DNA of 64,000 nucleotides from Dehalococcoidia bacterium (GCA_965197645.1 OZ240219.1:2592001-2656000); one strand, 5' to 3'. Shown: positions 9,761 to 20,650, counted from the first letter of the stretch. Notes: generated by a model not told the origin, from the letters alone. Numbers and translations: made by a program.

Positions 9761-11025
9761 TGGCAGCGACAGCCCGTCGTCGCCCCGTCCTCGAGGGCCT
9801 GCGCGTAGTCGATTTCTCCATGGGTTGGGCCGGCCCCCTGGCCGCCATGCTCCTGTCCGATTTCGGAGCTCAGATCATCAAGGTCGAGTCCATTACCCAT
9901 CTCGACTGGTGGAGAAGCGATTTTACCGGCGGAGACCCCGACGACCGCCCCTATGAGAAGGTCTCCCAATTCATCGGCGTCAACCGGAACAAGTTCGATT
10001 GCACGCTGGACATGACCAATCCGAGAGCTCTGGAACTGGTGAAGGACCTCATCTCCATCGCCGACGTCCTGGTCGAAAACTTCACTCCGCGGGTAATGAA
10101 GAACTTCGGTCTCACCTACGAAGCGGTCAGCGAAATCAACCCCAGCTTGGTAATGCTCTCGATGCCCGCCTTTGGGAGCTCCGGCCCCTGGCGGGACTAC
10201 GGGGCCTACGGCAACACCATCGACGTGCTAGCTGGTGTCGCCGGCCTGACCGGTTGGCCTGACCGCTCGCCCATTCTGGCCTCCAACGCCTACGGCGACC
10301 CCGTTTCGGGCATAGGAGGGGCCATAGGGCTGTTGATGGCGCTGGTGGCGAGACGCAGGACAGGACGCGGCCAGCACGTCGAGCTCTGTCATCAAGATCT
10401 GACAATACACCACGTGTCCCAGACCCTGATGGACTTCGTAATGAACGGACGAGTCGCCACCCGCCAGGGCAACCGGCACCCCTGGATGTCTCCCCACGGA
10501 GTCTACCCCTGCAAGGGGGAAGACAGCTGGATCGCCATCGCGGTGGCCACGGAAGACGAGTGGCTTTCCCTTTGCCGGGTGCTCGATCATCCCGAGGCCG
10601 CCACCGATCCCCGATTCCTCGACCTTTCTTCTCGCTCCAAGAACCAGGACGAGCTGGACGCCTTGCTGGGACAATGGACCGCCGGCTGGGAGAAATCGGA
10701 TCTAGCCCGCAGGTTGCAGGAGGCAGGTGTCTCAGCAGAGCCCGTCAACGCCGATGCGGACATGCTGGACGATCCCCAAATGGCCGCCCGGTCCAACTAC
10801 GTCTGGCAGGACCGGAAGTACGTGGGAAATCACCCCTACCCCGGGGTCACGGCCCGTCTATCCGCTACCCCCGGCGAGATCTGCATGCCCGCCCCCACCC
10901 TGGGAGAGCACAATCAGTTCGTGCTGGGCGAGGTGCTAGGGATATCCCATAAGGAGATAGAGTCGCTGCAGGCCGAGGGTGTCATCGGGGACCAGCCGCG
11001 CCGCTCCCGCTCCAAGAGCCAGTAG
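9760..11025 (+). CDS. class III CoA-transferase subunit (BbsF-like)
   Basis: DFSMGWAGP, NRNK, ENF, YGDPVSG with Asp; TGATG overlap with the upstream gene. Confidence 0.92.
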   Translation: MAATARRRPVLEGLRVVDFSMGWAGPLAAMLLSDFGAQIIKVESITHLDWWRSDFTGGDPDDRPYEKVSQFIGVNRNKFDCTLDMTNPRALELVKDLISIADVLVENFTPRVMKNFGLTYEAVSEINPSLVMLSMPAFGSSGPWRDYGAYGNTIDVLAGVAGLTGWPDRSPILASNAYGDPVSGIGGAIGLLMALVARRRTGRGQHVELCHQDLTIHHVSQTLMDFVMNGRVATRQGNRHPWMSPHGVYPCKGEDSWIAIAVATEDEWLSLCRVLDHPEAATDPRFLDLSSRSKNQDELDALLGQWTAGWEKSDLARRLQEAGVSAEPVNADADMLDDPQMAARSNYVWQDRKYVGNHPYPGVTARLSATPGEICMPAPTLGEHNQFVLGEVLGISHKEIESLQAEGVIGDQPRRSRSKSQ

Positions 11026-11087
11026 CAAGACAATTCCAACGGCCGATACCTGGTCTTGGTTCCAGAAACGCGACGAAGCCGGCGCTT

Positions 11088-12209
11088 CTATGCAGCCGTC
11101 CCCTCGAACCGGTAGGGGTCCAGAAAACCGATTTCCCAGGGACACTCGCCCGTGGTGAGGAGATCGCTCATGATCTTGCCCGCTGCCGGGCTCCACGTAA
11201 ATCCCAGACCGCCGTATCCCATGTTGACATAATACCCTTCGGGCGACCGCATCTTGCCCAGGATCGGTTCCTCGTCGGGGCTGGCCTCGATGATGCCCGC
11301 CCAAGTCCGCAACACCCGGACTCCCGCCGTGGAGGGCACCATGTCCACGAACCGCCTGGCGATGTCCCCCGTTACCAGTGACGAGGTTGGCTTTCGCTCG
11401 TTGGTATGGGGGTCTATGTCCAACTGCTGATATCCACCGAAATGGAGGTGGCCATGAACCCCCTGTCGGCAGTAGAGAACGTTGCCGTAGAACGTGGCCT
11501 TCGTCAGGACAGGCGCCGGAAGAGTGCACAGCATTTCAATGAGGAACGGCTCGGTGGGTATCGAGACCCCGACCATATCGTTTATCGCCCCTGACCACGG
11601 CCCGGCGGCGTTCACCACCTGCTCCGTGGCTATGGTACCGGCGTCCGTCTCGACCGCTACGATCCGGTCGCTCTCCACCTTGATCCCGGTCACCCTGGTG
11701 TCCTGGTATATCCGGCCGCCCAGCCGATTGATGCCCCAGGCCCACGCTTGCGACGTCAGCTGCGGGTTGGCCTGGCCGCTGTCCGCATGAAATGTGCCCG
11801 CCAGCGCGCCATCATGAAGGCCCGGCAGGATCTCCCGCATCTCCCTCAGGTCCAGCCGTTGCGCCTCCAGGCCGGCCTCTCGGCCCTGTTCCAACTCATA
11901 GTCCAGGTTCCACACCTCCTGCTCGGTGGAGGCGATGAACAGAGACCCGCCGAGCACGAACTCCGTGGGGGCGCCCAACTCCTCGTCCAGGTTCTGCCAT
12001 ATCTTGATCCCCTCTTGCAGGACCCTGGAAGAATCGATGCCGTGACCTCTGCCCGAAGCCCAACCTCCGTTCCGCCCCGACGCTTCCCACCCCGGGATCC
12101 CCTTCTCCACCAGCACAACGTCTTTGCCCGCCTTCAGGGTGAAATAGGCCGTCGCCAGGCCGATGACCCCGCCGCCGATAACGACCACGTCGGCCCGGTC
12201 AATGTTCAT
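11088..12209 (-). CDS. FAD-dependent amino-acid/amine oxidoreductase (DAO; SoxB/HcnC/OoxB-like), paralog 2
   Basis: VIGGGVIG, EASGRNGG, RTWAG, GYGGLGF; start at MNIDRAD (12209) by comparison with its paralog. Confidence 0.9.
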   Translation of the reverse strand: MNIDRADVVVIGGGVIGLATAYFTLKAGKDVVLVEKGIPGWEASGRNGGWASGRGHGIDSSRVLQEGIKIWQNLDEELGAPTEFVLGGSLFIASTEQEVWNLDYELEQGREAGLEAQRLDLREMREILPGLHDGALAGTFHADSGQANPQLTSQAWAWGINRLGGRIYQDTRVTGIKVESDRIVAVETDAGTIATEQVVNAAGPWSGAINDMVGVSIPTEPFLIEMLCTLPAPVLTKATFYGNVLYCRQGVHGHLHFGGYQQLDIDPHTNERKPTSSLVTGDIARRFVDMVPSTAGVRVLRTWAGIIEASPDEEPILGKMRSPEGYYVNMGYGGLGFTWSPAAGKIMSDLLTTGECPWEIGFLDPYRFEGTAA

Positions 12210-13344
12210 AGGCTTCTTCGGTATAGCCTTCGAACCGGGCCGGGTCCAGCATGCTTGCATCGATACTGGTCTCGCCTGTGGTAAGGATGTCGCTCATAAC
12301 CTTGCCGCCGATGGGGCTCCAGCTGAACCCCATCCCACCGTACCCGACGTTGACATAATATCCCTGGGGGCCCGGCATCTTGCCGACGATGGGAGTGTGG
12401 TCCGGGGTCGCATCGATGATGCCCGCCCAGGTGCGCAACACCCTCAGCCGCGCCACGTCGGGTATGAGATCGGCGAACCGCTGGGCAACATCTGCGGTGA
12501 TCAGAGAGTCGGTGGGTTTATCGGTGCTCTTCCTGATCTCTTTGGGAAACCCGTTGAACCCACCGAAGTGGAGCTGACCGTGGGCCGCTTGCCGGCAGTA
12601 CAGCACGTTGGCGTAGAAGGTAGCTTTGGTCAGGGTCGGCGCCGGAAGGGTGCACAGCATCTGGATGATGATGGGATCGCTGGGCAGCGATACTCCAACC
12701 ATGTCGTTGACTACCCCGGACCAGGGCCCCGCGGCGTTCACCACCTGCTCCGCCCCGATGCTGCCCGCCGAAGTCTCGACACCGACTATCCTGTCCCCGT
12801 CCACCTGGATGCCCGTTACGAGGGTGTCCTGGTATATCCGCCCGCCCAGCCTCTCGATGCCCCAGGCCCACGCCTGCGACGTCAGCTGGGGGTTGGCCTG
12901 GCCGCTGTTGGGGAAGAACAGCCCGAACTGGGCCTTATCGCTGAGGCCCGGTATGATCTCCTGCATCTCCTTCAGGTCGACCCGGCGCACTTCGTGCCCT
13001 ACCCTCACGGCCTCCTCGTGAATCTGTTCGACGTGGGTAGACTCCTCTTCCCAAAACGCTATGAACAGACAACCCCCGAGGGCGAATTCGGTGGGGGCGC
13101 CCAGCTCCTCATCCAGGGTCTGCCAGATCTTGATCCCCTCCATCATCGGCGCCGATGTCTTCATATCGTCCGGTACAAGGCCGTGGCCCGCGGCCCAGCC
13201 CCCGTTGCGGCCAGATGCCTCCCATCCGGGGATACCCTTGTCCAACAGGACCACATCTTTGCCCTCTTTGAGGGTGAAGTAGGCGGTGGAGAGGCCGATG
13301 ATCCCGCCCCCGATCACCACTACGTCGGCATTATCTATGTTCAC
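12199..13344 (-). CDS. FAD-dependent amino-acid/amine oxidoreductase (DAO; SoxB/HcnC/OoxB-like), paralog 1
   Basis: VIGGGIIG, EASGRNGG, RTWAGIIDATPD; GTGA overlap with the upstream gene. Confidence 0.9.
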   Translation of the reverse strand: MNIDNADVVVIGGGIIGLSTAYFTLKEGKDVVLLDKGIPGWEASGRNGGWAAGHGLVPDDMKTSAPMMEGIKIWQTLDEELGAPTEFALGGCLFIAFWEEESTHVEQIHEEAVRVGHEVRRVDLKEMQEIIPGLSDKAQFGLFFPNSGQANPQLTSQAWAWGIERLGGRIYQDTLVTGIQVDGDRIVGVETSAGSIGAEQVVNAAGPWSGVVNDMVGVSLPSDPIIIQMLCTLPAPTLTKATFYANVLYCRQAAHGQLHFGGFNGFPKEIRKSTDKPTDSLITADVAQRFADLIPDVARLRVLRTWAGIIDATPDHTPIVGKMPGPQGYYVNVGYGGMGFSWSPIGGKVMSDILTTGETSIDASMLDPARFEGYTEEAYEH

Positions 13345-14783
13345 TCCGAGGTCTCCGTAGCCTTGAGATATTCCTGGCGCATGGTCTGGTGGTACTCACT
13401 GAAAAGGAAGTCCTCCTCCTCGGCGGTCAGGTCCCTATTCTGCATGACTCCCAGGGGCAGCGGGCGGAAGGGCGGCCGATACGAGGCCAGCTCGACCTCG
13501 GACACTTCGACTCCCCGCTCGTCGGCTACCACCATCTGAATCTGCTCTCGGCACCGGCGGCTCTGGCAGTAGCCCATGCCCGCCCTGGTCAGCCTCTTTA
13601 TATGATCGGGGTGTATCGGCCCCTTGCCCATCATCTGCCGCAAATCGTTGCGGGTGACCTTCTCGCATATACAGACCAGCGCTTGGGAGCCGCCATCCGA
13701 TGTTCCGGCCCGCACCCACGACCTCCTGTACTCCAGCACTCCTTCAGCCGTTTCCCGGGAAGGGACTTCGATCTCCCCTCTGAGCGACACAGCCTCTGTC
13801 TCTCCGATCGCGTTCAGAGACTCGGCTGCGGAGATACCGGCGATGCGTCCTTGAGCGACTGCTAACTCGGGGGCGGCGAACGCCCCCTCGGTGAACCCGG
13901 CCACGTCGCCGGCGATGTAGATGTTTTCTTGGGTGGTGGACATGCGATGGTCCACCACCGGCACGAACCCGCCCAGGTCCGGCTCGAACCGTATATCGCA
14001 GCCCGTCCAGTACAGGGTCTCGATGTTGGGCACCATGCCGATGGCCAGACAGACCGTATCGCACTCCAGCTCTAGGTCTCGGCCCGAGTCCGCGTCTGAT
14101 ATGAGCAGCCCCTCTATCTCCGTGCCACCCAGGGCCTCTTTGATTCGGTGGTTGGTATAGATGGGCACTCCCGCCCCATCGACCTGGTCTCTACTCTCCC
14201 CGGAGCCTCGAATCTCAGGAGCTATGTCCACTATGCCCGAGACTTCCAGACCCCTGTCCAACAGCCTCGACGCTACGGTGAGGCCCAGCTCACCAGAGCC
14301 CAGCACCACAACCCTTTGGCCGCTAAAGGCCTGGTACACGTCCAGCAGGGCCAGCATTCCTCCCGCCCCACACACCCCGGCTTTGTCCCAGCCGGGGAAA
14401 ACGGTGCCCAGATCCCTGGCGCCCGGCGCGAATATCGCCGCGTCGTACTCCAGTCTCCAGGATTGGGTATCGTCGGCCAGCGTCAGAATCCTGTCCCGAT
14501 TACTGTCCCATACCATCGTCCCCAGCTTCAGATCAACCCCGGCTTCCTCCGCTTCCTGCAGGGCCGGTCGGGAAGCGACGGCCCGACTGAACATCTCCGC
14601 ACGATCTCCCGCCGTCGCCGTCATTCGCTGGCCGAAATGCAGAGGAATCTCCTGGGCCATCAGAGCAAAGTCTATGGGGTGTTCATCGATGAGAGTTACT
14701 TCCAGTCCGGCTTTCGCCGCCTCGATGGCTGCGGCGGTCCCCGCCACGCCGGCCCCGACAACTGCTAGCTGAGTCTTGTCCAT
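13341..14783 (-). CDS. FAD/NAD(P)-dependent oxidoreductase with C-terminal BFD-like [2Fe-2S] domain (HcnB/OoxA-like)
   Basis: VVGAGVAG, IYIAGD, CICEKVT...RAGMGYCQSRRC, RPPFRP. Confidence 0.88.
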   Translation of the reverse strand: MDKTQLAVVGAGVAGTAAAIEAAKAGLEVTLIDEHPIDFALMAQEIPLHFGQRMTATAGDRAEMFSRAVASRPALQEAEEAGVDLKLGTMVWDSNRDRILTLADDTQSWRLEYDAAIFAPGARDLGTVFPGWDKAGVCGAGGMLALLDVYQAFSGQRVVVLGSGELGLTVASRLLDRGLEVSGIVDIAPEIRGSGESRDQVDGAGVPIYTNHRIKEALGGTEIEGLLISDADSGRDLELECDTVCLAIGMVPNIETLYWTGCDIRFEPDLGGFVPVVDHRMSTTQENIYIAGDVAGFTEGAFAAPELAVAQGRIAGISAAESLNAIGETEAVSLRGEIEVPSRETAEGVLEYRRSWVRAGTSDGGSQALVCICEKVTRNDLRQMMGKGPIHPDHIKRLTRAGMGYCQSRRCREQIQMVVADERGVEVSEVELASYRPPFRPLPLGVMQNRDLTAEEEDFLFSEYHQTMRQEYLKATETSE

Positions 14784-14835
14784 GGTTGACCTCCGAGCGT
14801 CGGCTATCTTATCACGCTTTTCTGCAGCCCGAACA

Positions 14836-14976
14836 AGCCTGCCTCAAAAGCTCGGATGTGGTTGTCCCAGCCTTCCGCCGTGGGAAGTTGTTGTAGTTGG
14901 GCGACCATGCCCCAGACCCCCTGCCAGAGGGAAGTTCCCCTCTGGACTCTTTCAAAGCGGGGTTCTGAGACAAGCT
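14836..14976 (-). mobile_element. MITE-like element with imperfect 14-bp terminal inverted repeats, carrying a family-A palindrome
   Basis: AGCCTGCCTCAAAA (14836-49) vs reverse complement of 14963-76, AGCTTGTCTCAGAA (11/14); internal GAGTCCAGAGGG..CCCTCTGGCAGGGGG shared with 32536 and 32661. Confidence 0.55.
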
Positions 14977-15069
14977 CGACACGGCCTACATTCACGGGTT
15001 GGTGTACAATCTCATCAGACTTCGAATCTCCGGGGCTCACCAGCCGTAAAATCTCCGAGGGAGAAGTAG

Positions 15070-16836
15070 ATGCTGCCCAAGCCGAGGAAAGACGAGTACC
15101 ACAGCCACGCCTCCATGGGTGTCGAGACCAACGTGGCCGTGGGAATGCGGGACGGCGTCACCCTCTACGCCGACGTGTTCCGGCCCAGCGGCGGCGGCAA
15201 GCACCCCGTCCTCCTCACCCGAATCCCCTATGGCAAGCACATACCCAGGTACCATGCTCTCTACCTGGACCCCGTGCGGGCCGTGTCACGCGGCTATGCC
15301 GTCGTGATCCAGGATGTCCGGGGTCGCCACACCTCCGAGGGTGAGTTCTACCCCTATAGACACGAGATAGAGGACGGGTACGACACCGTGGAGTGGTGCG
15401 CCGAGCAGCCCTGGAGCAACGGGGACGTGGGTATGTTCGGCATCTCCTACCACGGAGCTACCCAGTGGCTGGCGGCGGTGGGAGCTCCCCCTTCTCTCAA
15501 GGCCATCGTCCCTCACGTCACGTCCGACTCCTACTTCGACAGCTGGACATACCTGGGTGGAGTCTTTCAGCTGTGCTGGATCAACACGTGGGTGGCGGGT
15601 ATGACGTTGGACAACCTCCGCGGCACCCCGCCGGCGCTGGCGGATACCACCAGGCAGTTGGAGGAGTGGCTCCGAGACCCTATCTCCCTGTCCAGGCATC
15701 TTCCCCTCAAGGACCTGCCCGTGCTGAAGGGGCTGGCCGACTACTACTACGACTGGCTCGACCACCCCACCTACGACGACTATTGGAAGGCCCTGGACCC
15801 CCGGACGCGGTTCGATAAAGTACGGGTCCCGGCCCTCATCATGGGCGGGTGGTGGGACGGCTTTCTCAGAGGAACGGTGCGCAGCTACGAAGGCGTGACC
15901 CAGCGGGGCGCCACGGAGCTGGCCCGCTCTCAGCAACACATGCTCCTCGGTCCCTGGATGCACGAGCCATCCCCCAACCCCTTCGCCGGGGAGATGCACT
16001 TCGGTGGCGACGGTTCCGGCGATGCCATAGACATGCAGGGGATGATGCTCGCCTGGTTCGATCACTGGTTAGTGGAAGAGGACAACGGCGTCGGCTCCGA
16101 CCCGCCAATCTACTACTTCCTGATGGGGGAGAACGCATGGCGCCGGTCTGACACGTGGCCGCTGACCAACGTCGAGTCCCGAGCCTACTATCTGTCCAGC
16201 GGTGGCCGCGCCAACTCCGCCCACGGCGACGGGACTCTCAGCCTCGAGTCGCCGGACACGGGCAACGGGCCCGACCACTACCTCCACAATCCGGCCAACC
16301 CCGTTCCCACCTGGGGCGGCGCCCACCTGGGCGGTATGGCAGGCATCTTCCACACCGGGGTTAGAAACCAGGCCGCCGTCGAGGCCAGGGAGGATGTGCT
16401 GGTCTACACCTCCTCGCCTCTGGAGCAGGACATGGAGGTCACCGGCAATGTGACGGCTACCGTATGGGCCGCGACCTCGGCCGCCGACGCTGATTGGAAC
16501 GCCCGGCTCTGTGACGTGCACACAGATGGCACATCCTACAATGTTTGCGACGGCATACTCCGGGCCAGTGCTAGGCAGTCCCTGGAGACTCAGGTCTCGA
16601 CCGGCCCCGGTCAGGTCTACAAGTACGAAATCGACCTGGGCCCCACCAGCATGCTGTTCAAGCAGGGGCACCGGCTCCGATTGCAGATAGCCTCCAGCAA
16701 CTTCCCGGCCTACGCCCTCAATCCGGGCGTCGACGGACCCCATCACGCCAGCAGTGAGCTACGGGTTGCCGCGCAGAGCGTCCTCCACGATAGAGACCAT
16801 CCCTCCCGGCTGAACCTGCCGGTAGTTACCGGATAA
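15070..16836 (+). CDS. CocE/NonD family hydrolase (peptidase S15)
   Basis: MRDGVTLYADVFRP, QDVRGR, GISY nucleophile, GGWWD, GPWMH, PepX_C-type domain. Confidence 0.93.
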   Translation: MLPKPRKDEYHSHASMGVETNVAVGMRDGVTLYADVFRPSGGGKHPVLLTRIPYGKHIPRYHALYLDPVRAVSRGYAVVIQDVRGRHTSEGEFYPYRHEIEDGYDTVEWCAEQPWSNGDVGMFGISYHGATQWLAAVGAPPSLKAIVPHVTSDSYFDSWTYLGGVFQLCWINTWVAGMTLDNLRGTPPALADTTRQLEEWLRDPISLSRHLPLKDLPVLKGLADYYYDWLDHPTYDDYWKALDPRTRFDKVRVPALIMGGWWDGFLRGTVRSYEGVTQRGATELARSQQHMLLGPWMHEPSPNPFAGEMHFGGDGSGDAIDMQGMMLAWFDHWLVEEDNGVGSDPPIYYFLMGENAWRRSDTWPLTNVESRAYYLSSGGRANSAHGDGTLSLESPDTGNGPDHYLHNPANPVPTWGGAHLGGMAGIFHTGVRNQAAVEAREDVLVYTSSPLEQDMEVTGNVTATVWAATSAADADWNARLCDVHTDGTSYNVCDGILRASARQSLETQVSTGPGQVYKYEIDLGPTSMLFKQGHRLRLQIASSNFPAYALNPGVDGPHHASSELRVAAQSVLHDRDHPSRLNLPVVTG

Positions 16837-16852
16837 TCATTCCACACAGCAC

Positions 16853-16884
16853 CAGGAGAAAGGCATCACAGGAGAAAGGCATCA
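16853..16884 (+). repeat. perfect 16-bp tandem duplication containing the SD of the cyclophilin gene
   Basis: CAGGAGAAAGGCATCA x2 directly before the start codon. Confidence 0.9.
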
Positions 16885-16885
16885 G

Positions 16886-17410
16886 ATGAAGCAGTATCCC
16901 GCACCACCAGCCATGTCCATCGAATCGGACGGCCAGTACACGGCCAAGCTGAACACCAGTATGGGGACCGTCGAGATCGAGCTTCTGTCCAAGCAGGCGC
17001 CGAAAACGGTCAACAACTTCGCGTTTCTCGCTCGAGACGGCTTCTACGATGGGACCATATTTCACCGGGTCATCCCGAATTTCATGATCCAGGGCGGCGA
17101 TCCCGAGGGTTCGGGAAGAGGCGGCCCAGGCTACAGGTTCGAGGACGAGTTCGACGACTCCCTCCAGTTCGAAGGGCCCGGCATTCTGGCCATGGCCAAC
17201 GCCGGACCCAATACCAACGGCAGCCAGTTCTTCATCACCGTGGCCCCTACGCCCCACCTCAACGGCGCGCACACCATCTTCGGGCGCGTAACCGAGGGCT
17301 ACGACGTGGTGGAATCGATCTCCAAGACCAGTACAGGCGCCATGGACCGGCCCTCGGAAGACGTGGTAATCCAAAGCATCGAGCTCATTGAGACCGCCGG
17401 TGGGGACTGA
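16886..17410 (+). CDS. cyclophilin-type peptidyl-prolyl cis-trans isomerase
   Basis: FYDGTIFHRVIPNFMIQGGDP, LAMANAGPNTNGSQFFIT, HTIFG. Confidence 0.97.
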   Translation: MKQYPAPPAMSIESDGQYTAKLNTSMGTVEIELLSKQAPKTVNNFAFLARDGFYDGTIFHRVIPNFMIQGGDPEGSGRGGPGYRFEDEFDDSLQFEGPGILAMANAGPNTNGSQFFITVAPTPHLNGAHTIFGRVTEGYDVVESISKTSTGAMDRPSEDVVIQSIELIETAGGD

Positions 17411-17491
17411 TTGTCCAATCCCCGGCAATCTGCCGTAGCTTTCCGATAACCCGTTGGACGCCACGAACGGAACTATAGCCGAGGAGACGTC

Positions 17492-17812
17492 ATGAGAGTC
17501 GCGCTGGTGACCATCAACATCAAACCAGAGTTTCGAGACCGTTTCATAGAGGAATCGGTGCTGGAGGCCCAAGGCTCGGTGCAGAACGAGCCGGGCTGCA
17601 TCAGGTTCGACATCCTCCAGGACGAGCAGGATCCCAACCGGGTCTACCTCTACGAGGTGTACAGGGACGCGGCCGCCGAAGAGGCCCACTTGCAGACGCC
17701 TCACTTCCTGAGATGGGATAAGGCCACCCGTGATTGGTTCGCCACTCCTTATGAGATCGCCGAATGTGAGACCGTCTATCCCGAGGAGGCCGATTGGGTG
17801 CCCCAGGCTTGA
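17492..17812 (+). CDS. ABM / LsrG-like putative quinol monooxygenase
   Basis: EPGCIRFDI, LYEVY, AHLQTPHF. Confidence 0.9.
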   Translation: MRVALVTINIKPEFRDRFIEESVLEAQGSVQNEPGCIRFDILQDEQDPNRVYLYEVYRDAAAEEAHLQTPHFLRWDKATRDWFATPYEIAECETVYPEEADWVPQA

Positions 17813-17897
17813 GCACAAGCCATCGACCAGGGATTGACCATAGGACGAACCTTCGGTAATGTAACCGTGCCCCTCGGTCTAGCAAAGGGAGACTGCC

Positions 17898-18965
<1,068 letters not shown>

Positions 18966-18970
18966 CTACG

Positions 18971-20545
18971 ATGGGTTTCACCTGGGAAGCAGCCAGAAAA
19001 GAGCTCAGGGAGCGGCGCGAGCGCGCCTTGCGTCACGGAGGCGCGGATCGGGTGGAACGGCAACACCTGGGGGGCCGGCGCACTATACGGGAGCGAATCG
19101 ACTCTCTCGCCGACCCCGGAAGCTTCCGAGAGATCGGCACGCTGGCGATACGGAAACGATTTGACAGCGAGGGCAACCCCCTGGAGCCGACCCCCTCGGC
19201 CTACGTCATGGGCCTCGCCGAGATAGAAGGCCGACCGGTCGCCGTAGGTGGTGAAGACTTCACCGTCGAGGGAGGGGCCATCGGCGTTGGATTGGACCGG
19301 GCCAAAGGCGGCATGGGCGGGTTCGTGGAGGACCTGGCCCACTTCTACCGCACGCCCCTGGTCATGTGCATGGAGGGGGTCGGAGGTGGTGTCGGCCGGG
19401 AGGCCGAGGAAGGCCACGCACCGCTGGTAAGCTCCGCCGATTTCTCCCGCACCCTCGGTCTGATGGGCGAGGTGCCGGTGCTCATCGCCGCCATGGGCGC
19501 CCTGGCCGGGGTTACCGCTGCTCGTGCCGCTGCGTGTCACTTCTCCGTGATGACAAAGGACACCGCCTGCCTGTTTGCCGGCGGCCCACCCATAGTCGAA
19601 AGGGCCCTGGGGCACCGGATCAACAAGTTCGATCTCGGCGGAGCGGACGTCCACGCCCGTGAATCGGGCCTGATAGACAACGTGGCCGTGGACGAGGACG
19701 ATGCTATAGCCCAGCTCAAACAGGTTCTCAGCTACCTGCCCCAGAACGTGTGGGAAGCACCGGAGCGCCGACCCATCGACGATCCGATTGACAGGCGGGA
19801 CGACGTATTGCTCGACATAATGCCTGAAGACCAGCGCCGGGCCTACGATCCCCACGATATCATCAACATCGTCGTCGATCGGGGCTCCTTCTTCGAGATC
19901 AGCCCCTATTGGGGCCGCGCCTTGATAACCGGATTCGCCCGGTTCGACGGCTATCCAGTCGGAATCCTGTTCAACAATCCCGGTCACCTCGGCGGAGCCC
20001 TCAATGCCACCGCCTCCGAGAAACAGACCAAGTTTGTCGAGTTCTGCGATACCTTTCACCTTCCGCTCGTCTACTTCGTCGACGTTCCCGGCTTCATGAT
20101 AGGCCGAGACGCGGAGAGGGAAGGGACTCTCAGGAAGGGGATGAGGGCCGTACAGGCCATGCTGGAGAGCACAGTGCCCATCGTGTCAGTCTACGTCCAC
20201 AAGGCCTACGGCATGGCCGCCTGCGCCACCGCCAACCCCCAGGGAACCATGCTCCGGTTGGCCTGGCCCAGCGCCGAGTGGGGAGACATGCCCATCGAAG
20301 GGGGCATAGCCGCCGGCTTCAAGCGGGAGATCGAAGCGTCCGCGGATCCCCAGGCCCGCATGGCCGAGATAGAGTCCCAGATGCGAAGGCTTGCCTCTCC
20401 CTTCCGCACCGCCGAGGCCTTCGGCGTCGAGGAGATGATTGACCCCACCGAGACCCGCATGCTCATCTGCCAGTTCATCAAAGCATCTCAGGGCCAGATC
20501 AGGACACGGCTGGGACCGAAGAGCAGGACCGGCGTCAGAATCTAG
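18971..20545 (+). CDS. acyl-CoA carboxylase carboxyltransferase (PccB/MccB-like)
   Basis: RERIDSLADPGSF, EDFTVEGG, FAGGPP, FCDTFHLPLVYFVDVPGF, MPIEGG. Confidence 0.9.
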   Translation: MGFTWEAARKELRERRERALRHGGADRVERQHLGGRRTIRERIDSLADPGSFREIGTLAIRKRFDSEGNPLEPTPSAYVMGLAEIEGRPVAVGGEDFTVEGGAIGVGLDRAKGGMGGFVEDLAHFYRTPLVMCMEGVGGGVGREAEEGHAPLVSSADFSRTLGLMGEVPVLIAAMGALAGVTAARAAACHFSVMTKDTACLFAGGPPIVERALGHRINKFDLGGADVHARESGLIDNVAVDEDDAIAQLKQVLSYLPQNVWEAPERRPIDDPIDRRDDVLLDIMPEDQRRAYDPHDIINIVVDRGSFFEISPYWGRALITGFARFDGYPVGILFNNPGHLGGALNATASEKQTKFVEFCDTFHLPLVYFVDVPGFMIGRDAEREGTLRKGMRAVQAMLESTVPIVSVYVHKAYGMAACATANPQGTMLRLAWPSAEWGDMPIEGGIAAGFKREIEASADPQARMAEIESQMRRLASPFRTAEAFGVEEMIDPTETRMLICQFIKASQGQIRTRLGPKSRTGVRI

Positions 20546-20560
20546 CGAGCACCGAAACAC

Positions 20561-20650
20561 TGGGCTGTGCCGAGGAGGCCCTGCCTCTCGCCGGGAGTCT
20601 GAGAGCCCGCAGAAGGGGCATCCATCAGATATGGAATCTCTCCCTTCCGG
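20561..20650 (+). repeat. intergenic palindromic repeat family B, degenerate copy
   Basis: Shares GCCGGGAGTCTGAGAG and AAGGGGnnTCCnTCAGATA with 21320-21495. Confidence 0.6.

Noticed and set aside
12163-13539. 458-aa + strand ORF and other long antisense ORFs (56221-57687, 35545-36861, 24453-25631, 18962-20059)
   Set aside because: Shadow or alternate frames of well-supported genes in high-GC DNA, with no recognisable motifs.
14776-15069. Small ORFs in the 14.8-15.0 kb and 32.5-32.8 kb gaps
   Set aside because: They are translations of the palindromic repeat (e.g. LWQGVWGM / LWQGAWGM), not genes.
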